From assembly GCF_036588685.1 (NCBI RefSeq), contig NC_086377.1:13392001-13456000 (forward strand): a stretch of 64,000 bases of DNA, in the 5' to 3' direction. Position numbers and translations under genes: made by a program. Below are positions 40,140 through 51,860 of this stretch, one piece after another (the first letter of the stretch is position 1; each line of letters starts with the position of its first letter). The notes under the pieces are model-generated. The model searched no databases and had not been told where the DNA came from. It saw only the letters and a program-made list of their open reading frames with translations. This DNA comes from Mytilus trossulus (lineage: Eukaryota).

Positions 40140-41597
40140 TATATGTCAGGGAAAATACAATTCTATTCAAATTTAACCAAGGGAAAAAAATGTTCGATTT
40201 ACTTGCAGAGTGTCAGATATATTTGTATTGGGGATGAATTAAGATATAGAAATTTTACAATGACAGATGATATGCAACTTGAAAGTTAAACATCCAAAAT
40301 ATGAAAACCGTATACATGTACTTCCGTCCCATCTTTCCTTCGTACATTACTTGCGACAGTACTGCATTTTAAGTTGAAACAACTTAAAGGGTAAACATTA
40401 TTTTATCGATTTCCACAACTCGAGGTAATTTTGTGATAAAATGACATCACAAAACGAACAGAACCAGAATCAACCAACAATATAAAAAACCGAATAAAAC
40501 TTGCAAAAATTAATCAAAGTCACATTTTAATTGTAACGTGTTATAGGAATATCGTGCCCAATGTTTGAAAGTAGCATTAAAGCATTATTGAAATTTTATT
40601 TCACCCTTATTACCCTTGTAGTATGCGCTTATTTTGTGGGAGATGGGATACTTAGCAGGCTCGCATATGCACTTTGCATTATCAAGCTAATCTGTCTGTA
40701 CAGCCATTTGACAGACGTCTAGTTATTAACCTCAACGGTATTTTATAAAATATATAAGTTTCTCACTGAAGGTATTCAAAGAAGGTATCCAAAGATTTTG
40801 CGACGATGCAAATTTTAAACTTTACAATATAAATAAATATCTTTAACCAATGAATTCAAATAGCAAAAGCTATGCAATTAACAAATATATACTAATTAAG
40901 CTTCATGTAAATTATTTAACAATAACATGCATTAAATATGAAATTTGGAGTTTTACCAAGGGAGCTAATAATTGAATAATAACACTGTCCGCAACACAGC
41001 ATTTCGGAGACTCTCCCTCTGGTATCTTTCCTCCCTCTTTTATAGCTGACTATGCGGGGGCTTTTCTAATTATTGGGGGCATTATGATGACGTATAGTTG
41101 TTAATATCTGTGTCATTTAGTCTCTTGGCAATCATTTTACATATTCTTTTATATTAAGCGATGTCGTTATTACGACATAGCGATGTCGTTATAACGACAT
41201 AGTGATGTCGTTATTACGACATGATATGTCGAAATTACGACATAGCGATGTCGTTATAACGACATGTTATGTCGAAATTACGACATAGCGATGTCGTAAT
41301 AACGACATGTTATGTCGAAATTACGACATGCTATGTCGTAATAACGACATAAATTATTTTTTTGAATGGCCCTTATCGGCTTCCGTAGCTTATTGACCAA
41401 TAAAGAATGTAAGACTGATATGAAATTTACATCTACGTAATTATTGTCAAAAGAACACACACGAAAAATTTTGTCAAAATTATACATACATTTTTGTCTG
41501 AAAAACTACCGGAAGAATAAAATCTAAATAGTAAAATCATTTTTTTCCGAAAAACCGTCTTTGTTCAATTTCTCAGTCTTGTTTAAATGAATGTTTA

Positions 41598-41757
41598 AGA
41601 AATAATTCATGAGGGCTTGAATATATCGTGATTTTACCACGGGTTGGCCCTTTATGACAAATATTTTACCCTGAGCGATAGCGAGGGGTAAAATATCAGC
41701 ATAAAGGGACAACCCGTGGTAAAATCTAGATATATTCAAGCCCCCATGAATTATTTC
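41598..41757. repeat. ~160-bp imperfect palindrome (end of a non-autonomous element)
   Basis: AATAATTCATGAGGGCTTGAATATATC...TTTTACCACGGGTTG / CAACCCGTGGTAAAA...GATATATTCAAGCCCCCATGAATTATT. Confidence 0.75.
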
Positions 41758-42641
41758 GATTCTAATAGGACAAATACGGCAATTATTTTGGATCGAAGCG
41801 CTCTAGGTGATGGCATTATTTGCCGTTCCACTATATACACGCACTATTAAATTGACGTAAAGTAACGGAGCAAACTGAATAAATGATGATGCTTAAACTA
41901 TTTATAATAACATATTTAGATAATTTTAGATGAATCTAATTATTATTGTACTTATATGTCTCATATATATACAAAAACGGCTAATATAACTCATTTTAGC
42001 ATCATTTATTAACGTTTCCTTGTTGTGATGATTTTCCGTTTCACAAGCGTGTATTTTCCCGTAAATTGCTTATATTCTGACGTCATTGTTCTATGACGTC
42101 GAGTCGCTCATTCATTAAAAAACATATGACGTGGTGGTACAATGGGAACAGCCCATGAAATATATGGGGGGGGGGGGGGGGGGTTAAACCCGCAAACATG
42201 TTTAACCCTGCTACATTCTGTATATATGTGTCTGTCCCAAGTCAAGAGACTGTTAATCAGTGGTTGTTGTTTGTTTATTTGTAACATATTTGTTTTTCGT
42301 TTATTTGTTGGACGAATGTAGTTCTCTCGCTCGAATTTGTTTACATTTTCAATTCTGGACCTTTTATATCTGACTTTTGGGTATGGGCTTTGCTCATAGT
42401 TGAAGGCCTTACGTTGACCTATAATTGTTAATGTCTGTGTCAATTTGGTCTCTTGTGGAGAGTTGTCTCATTTGAAATCATACCAAATCTTGGTGTTTTT
42501 TTTCTTATAATTGCTTTCAATGCTTTTTTAATTCAGAGTGTTCATATCTATTTTTTAAACATTCATCAAAGTATGAAACAATATGAAATAAATATTGTGT
42601 AAATATTAATATTTGTAAAAAGAATTTCCGATTTACTTTAG

Positions 42642-42834
42642 ATGTTACTAGTGGTTTTGATTGGTTTTACTATGAAAAGTAGCCAGCAAGTAGTGACCAA
42701 TTTAAATAGAATAGATGAACAACGAGTTATTACTAATATAGATGATATAGAAGATCAAGGAGCAATTGGCACCATCGATGAAATTTTTTTAATCAACGAA
42801 GAAAGAGTTTCCAGTTCACCAACAAACACTTGTG
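42642..42834 (+). CDS. Gene B first identified coding exon (signal peptide, acidic Ile/Asn/Asp region)
   Basis: ctttag|ATG ... G|gtgaga. MLLVVLIGFTMKSSQQVVTNLNRIDEQRVITNIDDI... is homologous to gene A exon 2. An upstream exon was not identified. Confidence 0.85.
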
Positions 42835-43175
42835 GTGAGAACTAAATTGATTAATATTCTGTTAGATTTGTATTTGAAGAATATTCACACATTCAGTATT
42901 TATCTATAGCTGGAAATTATTATCAATCCCGATTAATCGCGGCTACTTACCAATAATTTATGTTCTTGTTGATAATAACCTGTCCGTTAAGTCTAAATAT
43001 ATATGTAATGTATTGTCGAAAGCAACGACGGTAGTTTCATTTTTCAAGTAGTAAATCTTTAATATCTTTGAATCTTTTGTGTTACTACCTGTGTTAACAT
43101 TAATCTAAACATAAAGTTTTAACCAGAGTTAATAATCAGAAAATTTATTGGCCGAATAATTATATTCCACAAAAG

Positions 43176-43400
43176 CGGCACATTAAGGTTAAACATTTTC
43201 TACCTCAGGCAAATATTACCTTAGCTGTATTTGGCAAAACTTTTAGGAATTTTGGTTCTCAATACTCTTCAACTTCGTACTTTATTTTGGCCTTTTAAAC
43301 TTTTAGGGATTCGAGCGTCACTGATGAGTCTTTTGTAGACGAAACGCGCGTCTGGCGTGTGTACTATATTTATTCCTGGTATCTATGATGAGTTTATAGA
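43176..43400 (+). mobile_element. Retrozyme/Penelope-derived fragment carrying a hammerhead, in the gene B intron
   Basis: Flanking sequence recurs at 47941-48010 (-) and 48190-48280 (+), where the hammerhead is decayed. Confidence 0.65.
43315..43358 (+). ncRNA. Minimal type I hammerhead ribozyme
   Basis: GCGTCA CTGATGA GTC-TTTTGTA-GAC GAAA C-GCGC-G TC|TGGCGT: intact core, stems I and II, palindromic short stem III; predicted cleavage after 43352. Confidence 0.88.
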
Positions 43401-43658
43401 TATCACAATCGGAATTTTGTTCCAATTGAAGAGCATTTTGATGCAGCAAACCTGAATATGAACATGATGAATATTTGATGCATTTTTTCATCTTCAAAGT
43501 ATATGTATATTTTTAACTGTGAACTCTCCTCTGTTATGTGCTTTAGGGTGTCTAATATCAAAGCATCAATTTGTTATTACGACATTGACATTTGGGTTTA
43601 CCCTGTTATCCTTGTCATAACATTGACTTTGTGATAATACTTTATTGATTTTTTTAAG

Positions 43659-43859
43659 ACGGTACTTTTCTTGGTGGATTTTTATTTGGAAGATTATTGG
43701 CACCAATGGCTATGGCGGACGGATCAACGATGGCAACGGGACAAGTTATGATGATGACACTGATGAGCATGTTGACAGGAGTGCCACAGACTGCAGTACC
43801 AATGGTATGCCCACCCCAATTAACCACCATGCCTTGTCCATCAACACCGCCTCAAAGAA
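43659..43859 (+). CDS. Gene B Met-rich/stalk exon
   Basis: ttttaag| ... A|gtaagt (phase 1/1). DGTFLGGFLFGRLLAPMAMADGSTMATGQVMMMTLMSMLTG...CPPQLTTMPCPSTPPQR. Confidence 0.9.
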
Positions 43860-44309
43860 GTAAGTTAAAGTCATTTAATGTAAAAATCATTAATTAATTG
43901 TTTGGTACGGCTGAAATCAATAGACCTTAATTGCCTTTAATGTTGGTATTTATAATCCATTGGTCGTATATTAGACCGTACTTTTTTTATTAGTTCCGCA
44001 TCCAAAAAGTCAATATCGTCTAACTAGCTGAGACAGTACCATTATTGTACAATGTTTCGAATAACATTGTTTTGGGGCATCATTAAATGACTGTGCCCAC
44101 ACACATGATATGATCTGAGATAAAATGTCCTTTACACGGCTTTTTCCCCATTTTTAATTGAATTTTTCTTAAATATTTCTTTAGTTAGATTTTGGTACAT
44201 GAACCATTAAAAATCCTACAAACAAGCAAACATTAAACTTGGGAAACACTGATTTGACGTTATTAATATGTATATGTTTATGATTAGGTTTAACTTTTAT
44301 TTCTTACAG

Positions 44310-44590
44310 CCGTCAACCGTGTTATACTATGCGAAGGAAATGTGCCGGCCTTTATCAGTTGCGATTCACAAATAAATATAGTAGAAGCTGTATACGGTCG
44401 AGTAGATCGCAGTATTTGTCCAGATGATAGAATATTAACAACAAGCTGTATGTCAACTACGTCAGATGCTTTAGTTAAAACAGATTGCAATGGACAAACA
44501 ATTTGTCAATTAATGGCTAATAATGCTAAATTTGGTGACCCCTGTCAAGGTACATACAAATATCTAGATGTCACTTATACATGCATTTAG
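44310..44590 (+). CDS. Gene B terminal exon: SUEL / rhamnose-binding (Gal_lectin) domain; spliced CDS 675 nt = 224 aa
   Basis: LCEG...SC...I..A.YGR...IC...SC...C.G...C...N..FGDPC.GTYKYL.V.Y.C with 8 Cys; AATAAA at 44644. Confidence 0.95.
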
Positions 44591-44716
44591 ACACGAACAA
44601 ACTGTTTGCTTTATCTGTAAGGTTTAAACAGTCAAATTGGATTAATAAAAAATATCTTAAAATGTTTTCCTTCAATACGAAAGGTTAAACTTGACATGTG
44701 GGTGCTCTTCCTATAT

Positions 44717-45067
44717 TAAGGTATGTACCGAGGTGCCGCTTCTTATATAAAGGTATGTACCGAGGTGCCGCTTCTTATATAAAGGTATGTACCGAGGTGC
44801 CGCTTCTTATATAAAGGTATGTACCGAGGTGCCTCTTCTTATATAAAGGTGTGTACCGAGGTGCCGCTTCTTATATAAAGGTATGTACCGATGTGCCTCT
44901 TCTTATATAAAGGTATGTACCGAGGTGCCGCTTCTTATATAAAGGTATGTACCGAGGTGCCTCTTCTTATATAAAGGTATGTACAGAGGTGCCGCTTCTT
45001 ATATAAAGGTATGTACTGAGGTGCCGCTTCTTATATATAGGTATTTACCGAGGTGCCGCTTATTATA
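44717..45067. repeat. Minisatellite, 32-bp unit, ~11 copies
   Basis: AAAGGTATGTACCGAGGTGCCGCTTCTTATAT in tandem. Confidence 0.95.
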
Positions 45068-45359
45068 GTAATTTCTAGGGATGTCTAATATATAAACTGT
45101 TATGATTTCACGTACTTAGTAATATATTAATGGATAGAAATGTATATGTCATAAGTCACACACTATCATCATCTATTAATGTGAGAGTTGTGGTGTAGAA
45201 GCGAGTGCATCTGACTTTTCTGGTTCGATCCCCGTTCTGGGGAGATAAATTTAGGGTCTGAATTTTACGCTTTCCCTTACCACTATTTGCGAGTATCATC
45301 TTGAGAAAATGATGAAAGTCCATCGGAAAGGGACGACAAATGGCTGACCCGTGCTAAGA

Positions 45360-47565
45360 TTGATTGATTGTTGGTTGCTTAATGTCCAGTGGAAAATATT
45401 TTATGTTCACACTATACGGACTTCATATACAGGAGTGTGCTTCTTACGCAGAAACTGATCCAACAAAGTTATGAGGAGGACAGATTAAAATTGACACTCC
45501 GTAAATTTTATGGACACCATCACGAATTGGTTGATCCCTATGATGTCTCTTTAACCAAACTAGCTAAGGACATTTTTACCACATGGTAGATTGTGGTTTG
45601 TCATTATGTCGTCTAATCTTTTAATTACCAAACGTGACTTATTCCCGATTGTGACCGTTTTGCTGAATGTGAATTCGCATTACTGTAAGACGTGTTTCTG
45701 TACTTGTTTATCCCAAATTCATGTATTTAGTTTACATGTTTAATGTTATATTTGTAATTCTCATCAGATTTTGTCAAATGTGTTGACGTATTCTTATTAT
45801 ATATTTAGGTATGACGTATAGAAAAATTAATCACCTCCTCTTTATTAATTATATTAAATTTTGTACGATTATTTAGGTTTGAAGTTGGATTCATAACAAA
45901 CTGGACATATATATATATTACAGTTAATTGCTATTAATAAGTATTGCAATATGCATTTTGTTTAAATGAATTATCAGTATTTAGTTCTAAATCAATCCTA
46001 ATTCTATCTCATTTTTGAATGATAGTTTTTCATATGTGACGTCATGCTGTTTCTAAATTTCATAAATTCAAATGTGGCATAACGTTTCTGCCTTTTCGCC
46101 ATCGTATGTGACGTCACAATTTTTTTAATTACGTTGACGCCCGGACTGATTCGGATGTGTGTCTTTTTTAGTTTTCTGTAATAAGCAGATTAGTTAATAT
46201 TTCAGTTTCATTATGTATATCTCTTTCATATTCATTTGTTAAAATTTACTGTTTACAATAGCATTAAGTATTCTATATAATAAGGATGTTCTTATCCCGT
46301 GCATAAAAACAATGCCGTACTTGTCAAAACCTTTTCAACTTTTAATCTTCAGTGTTGTACAACTTTGTACCTTTTTCACGTTCGATCTTTTATATCTAGG
46401 CGTTATGTATTCAGGTTTAGTTTTCTGTAATTAGTTAATACTTTAGTTTCTTTGTGTATATCTCTTTCATATTCATTTGATAAAATTTACTGTATGCAAT
46501 AGCATGAATTGTTCTATATAATAATTTGCGAAACCTTTTCAACTTTTGATCTTCAGTGCTGTACAACTTTGTACTTTTTTCACTTTCGATCTTTTATATC
46601 TGGGCGTCACTGGTGAGTCTTGTGTGGACAAGGCGCGTTTTTGGCGTATAGAATTTTAAACCTGATGCTTTTTGTTATCTATTAATCATGTTTTTCTGTG
46701 TCTAATATGTTCTCCTATTTATTTGTATTGTAGTCCTGTAATATTATGTTGTCATTTCAATGTTATATTTAACTTTGCCATTAAAGTGCGAGGTTTGGCA
46801 TGCCTTAAAACCAGGTTCAACCCACCACTTTTATTCCCCTTTAAAAGTGTCCTGTACCAAGTCAGGAAGATTGTCATTGTTATAATTTTGTTCATTTCTC
46901 TTTGTGTTGCATTTTAACGTTGAGTCGTTTGTGTTTTCTCTTATTTTTGAGATATTGAGATAAGACGTGGCACGGTACTTGTCTATCCCAAATTCATGTA
47001 TTTGGTTTTCATGTTTCATTTGTTATTCTCGTGGTGTTTTGTCTGATGATTGGTCTGTTTCTGTGTGTGTTGCGTTTCGGTGTTGTGTCGTTGTTCTCCT
47101 CTTATATTTAATGCGTTTCGCTCGGTTTTAATTTGTTACCCCGATTTTGTTTTTTGTCCATGGATTTATGAGTTTTGAACAGCGGTATACTACTGTTGCC
47201 TTTATTTATGCATATTCAGGACGAGAACAAGTTCACAATAAATACAATAGGTAGGTTGATACAATAGAGGCCATCAGGGATGATGGTCGGGGAAATTTGA
47301 ACTGCCACTAGAAAATGATGGTATATTGGATAGGGACAGAAATTTCGCCTACGGACCCCTCAAAGAGTTGTTGCAAGGGTTCTTAACATGCACGTGGCAC
47401 CCCTTTACACGAGGCATCGGATTTAACGCCCCCCCTTTTGACCGGACGCGACTGCGGACTTAATACATCCCGCACAGCCAAACGGACGCTCCACTTCGGC
47501 AAGCGTTTTACTGCTGGTCGAAAGAAGACCAAGTGACCATATTTCTATACCCCAGTCACCCACGG
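45360..47565 (-). mobile_element. SINE (56010 family), itself interrupted at 45406-47210
   Basis: 14-bp TSD GACCCGTGCTAAGA (45346-45359, 47566-47579); the two halves rejoin into the family consensus. Confidence 0.88.
45406..47210 (+). mobile_element. 5'-truncated Penelope-like element with a long 3' region and decayed hammerhead
   Basis: SHYTDFIYRSVLLTQKLIQQSYEEDRLKLTLRKFYGHHHELV (RT C-terminus); GGGCGTCACTGGTGAGTC...GGCGT at ~46602-46648; flanking TTTATG direct repeat. Confidence 0.75.
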
Positions 47566-50500
47566 GACCCGTGCTAAGAGAGATCCACATATCTTGCACG
47601 TAGATTTGGGAAAAAAGCAGATTAATGCCGCTTCAAGGCAGCATTCGCAACCGTAAAGTGGAAAGGAATTATAAGGAATATAAGTTGCAAAAACTTGTTT
47701 CGCAATCCACTATAAACAAAACAAATATGTTTAAACTAAACTAATTTGTTTGTAAACGCTATGTAATGATCTTTTCATCTATAACACGGATACCATATTG
47801 TTAGCATCTGATTGACAAAACATGTCATTGTAGCTCGGAAATGTATATAGATTTTATTGTGATTTTGTCATTTTATACATGAATGGGTAAGCATTAACTC
47901 ATACTAAAGTACATCTATACATGAACAGATAAAAACAGTTATAAAGCAAAACGAGTTGAAGAGCATTGAGGACCAAAAATTCCAAAATGTTGTGCCAAAT
48001 ACGGTAAGGTAAAATATTGCATATTTATTACTTTCAAACAGCGGTATACGACTGTTGCCTTTGTTTAAGTCTTGTTGTTTGAATTACAAATGTGTAATTT
48101 AGCTGACAGAACATAAATGGTATTTTTCTTGATCACAATACATTAAAAACATGAAATAAACAAAAACACAACTTTGATTTATTACTTTAAATCAAGCGTC
48201 ACTTATGAAGCTTTAGTAGATGATACGCGCGTATGGTGTAAATATTAATGTCAATCCTGGTATCTATGATGCGTTTAATTAGGTCTGCAGAATAAAGAAA
48301 AAACGTTTAACTGGCAACAACAAAAAAAACCAAAAGACATACAACAATAAAAACCAAGCACCCGTCGTGTCACTCTTATAAAATACTTGATAAATAACAG
48401 CATATAATTTTAAAAGGTGGCAGACAACAAATTACTCCCTCCAATTTAGAATGTAGTCCTACTCTGACACAAAAAAAGAGCTTTTGATGTCATCGTTTAC
48501 GTATATTAACCTGCAGATTTGCAGAAATGAAACTTTTGGTGAAAGGGGAATATATGTGTAAGACAAAATTCACTTGTCTATGAGTTTGCATAAAAAAAAT
48601 CAGGATGAATGCGCTACAAAGTATACTAATTTCAAGATTTCAAGAAAACCGGACGATATTTTGGTGGTACCTGCGTACTCAAGGTCAGAATTTTCTTACA
48701 GAATCAGAAAATCTACCTGGTTTCTATGAAGTTAAACTTAAGGTAAAATATTTTAAAAATTGCAAAATTTGGTTGAACAGTTTGGGATTTTTAATTGGTG
48801 GTCTGACATTCTTAAGCGACATGCCGAGAAACCCTAAATTTTTAGTGTCCTAACTGATCATTGTTTCAGGCAAAAAGGTCACAAATTGCAAATTTAGAGC
48901 CCAAAACCTAAATATTTTCTATCATTAGCTTTTCCCACCCTGGCAATATGATTCCATATAAAAAAAATGTCATAAATTGTCATAAATGCACAGTAAGTTG
49001 TATATGGGACATGAAAACATAGGTTTTTAAATACCAAAAAAAAGATTGTTATGAAGGTTTCATGAAATTATTTGATTTTTATCCCTTATTTCATTTCGTC
49101 ATACCAGGTATTTGGTGGATAACATAGCCATAACTGCATAAACTAACAAAAATCCCATTTATTATCTCAAATGAAAGTTTTATACGTTCAATTATATTAC
49201 TTGATAGTAAACAAAAACAGTTAAAAGATCATGACTGCACTTTTCAGTTGAACGGCAAACGATTTAATGGCTTCTAAGGTCAAGACATTGGTCACGTGAT
49301 AAAAGGTCAGAGTTTACGATTTTTGGTAAACGTGCACGCCTCGTGGTTTTTGGACTCGTATTGTCTTATTTGTACTCGTACATTGATAAAAACCAAAGAG
49401 TTCAATTCTAGATTGAATAAGCTTCCTTATTTTATATAATTATCATTAAAAAGTGTTGTAAAAATGTTATAAATTCACGAGTGAAGTGAAACTTTTTTTC
49501 TGAAAATTTGCGTAGGTCCACGGAAAATCCTTTATAATTCCTCAAATAGGTTTGGTAACGTGTTGAGGGGTATAAAATATGAAGTAAAACCATTTTTTGC
49601 TTCTCATAATACTTTATCAGATCACAAAAACCCCGGATACGCAATTGTGTCAGATTATTCGTTGCGAAGCGGAGATCAAAGGGAGATAACTCGGTACGCG
49701 CATCGTAGGATATTGCAAGTTCACAACAGTAAATTCGAGTAAAATTAATGATTGCAGATATATTTCGACAATTTCTTCAGTAAATTTTCAATATTCCATG
49801 TTCCTCTACTGTTGTAACATTAAAATAGTCATGCGAAGGTTGAATATGATATTTTTTTCAAGTACTTACAGGTTATTGAACACTTCCAAAGAAGAAAATT
49901 CTGAACTTGGACTTATTGTATTTTCTCAAACACCCTTTTGGTAGATAGAAGGATACAAGAGGGGTTTATCAGTTGTCAGTAGAACCTGTGTTACAATAGA
50001 ATTGAACTTTTCATTGCATGAAAGCAAACTGAATATGGAAACAAAGGAAATATAGTCTTTAAAATTGTGAACATTTATACTTTTGAATGAAAATAATATG
50101 AATTTGCAGTGGACAGAAGTACATGTACAATGCTTGTTTTATTGTACCTGCTTTAAGATACAGTGGTGGATCCCAGGGGTTCTGGTGACCTCCTCTTTTA
50201 TGGAAGATTAATGCATTTGAATTCAGGGATCATATAGTTAACTCTCCTTTTTATCCTTGGTTGAGAATACCACCACTTATGTTTAAAATTGTCTGGATTT
50301 ACCCTGAGATAAGAACCTTTATAAGATGTACAAGTTATGTTGCTTGCCTTAATCAAGAGAAAATATCTGAACCCAAAGAACCAGAAAGGGATTTAGAACA
50401 TAATAATCAACACAAAGATAACTGAGCAAAAGCTGTATTGCAACCTGATATCATGCAGTTCTCATCATAATTCCTATTATATGTATTATTTCAAATTTTG

Positions 50501-51860
50501 CTTTATTTTTCTTCTTCTTATATTTGAATTCAAAAGTCCTGCAACCAACTGTTGAGTGCATTCAATTAAATTATTGATTGAATAATAAGCTATAAAGCTG
50601 ACCAGTAAATAAAGTTTGAAAATGCTTTGTTGAAATACAATAGTGGTATTATATCATAAAATATACTGAATCAACTTCAAATTTAATCCAAATTCATACT
50701 TACCTGCTCTAAAATGCATAATCAATTGAAAAACAAAAACCTGAGAACACTACAATGTATAACATAGAGATTGCACAGCCACTTCCCATGTTATAGTAGT
50801 CATAGACAAAAATAAAACTGACTTAGATTAAGTATGTTAATGTTTTTTTGTAAAAAGGACAACAATAAGATATTTATTATTCTGATATCAGAAATAATCT
50901 CATAGTATCAAATAAGAATGTCAGTTCTTTTAATTGAGATAATCAATTTAATCACATAATTTACTTTTATAAAAAAAACTCATGATATTATCTGTATTTA
51001 CAATCATGGACTATATAAAAGCTTGTCAACATCTCACTTACTTCAAATGCTTTTAAAATTAACCTGTTAGTACTAAAATAAAAGAGATGTGGTATAAGAT
51101 AAGATAAGATATTTCATTCCAATTAAAAAAGGCCATGAAGAGCAAAGTAATGTGTTACAATGATTTATATAATTGACACAATAATGTTGATATAAATCAG
51201 ACAAACATGAATATAACCAACTCCATTCTTAGATTTTAAACCACAGCCAGACCAGGGCCACACATATATTAGAAAAAAAGGGTATAACAATTATATCTTC
51301 TATTATCATGATTATTAAACAGGCAAATATTCTCAAAGTCTTAATTAAAACAATATCTGTACTGTATTTATAGTTTTCTGAGTGCAAAACATTTATTTTA
51401 AATTGCAACATTTTTCAATATCTCTAGATTTTCTTGAATATGCCAATTAAATTTTGCACTTGTGCTAAACATTTCAAATTTTTTACAACTTATTATACTG
51501 TCATTTAATTCTTTTCTTTAAAAGTTATAAAGGGGAAACTGACATTTAAATATGGTATAATTGCCAATAAGATAACAGTCTAGAAACTTATCACCAGAGT
51601 CCAAGTACCTGTTAGCAGTGACAGTTAAATTACAAGTCACTTTACATACATCAACAATGAATACATTCCATTGTTTTCAGGCAAATGAGGAAAATAAGAG
51701 TACCAATAGCTTTTGTCTTACTACATGTACAAGAGAATAATAGAAATGATAATATAAATAAGGAATAATCAGAGACAAAAAAGACAGGACTTAGCCATTG
51801 GACTATATGTAAAGTATTCCCTTACTAATCCTTGGAGGAGCTGCTGTATACTTTATAGAA

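Larger units (their letters stand above)
31804..41387. mobile_element. Non-autonomous long-TIR DNA transposon (IS3EU-like) containing a nested LINE
   Basis: TACGGAAGCCGATAAGGGCCATT termini; ~645-bp inverted arms (31804-32449, 40735-41387); 6-bp TSD GCTTAT (31798-31803, 41388-41393); subterminal ATGTCGTTATTACGACAT palindromic arrays. Confidence 0.85.
45185..47745 (+). mobile_element. tRNA-derived SINE split by nested insertions (host parts ~45185-45359 and 47580-47745)
   Basis: A-box-like TGTGGTGTAG and B-box GGTTCGATCCC (45221); (TAAAC)n-like tail; interrupted at TSD GACCCGTGCTAAGA. Confidence 0.65.
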
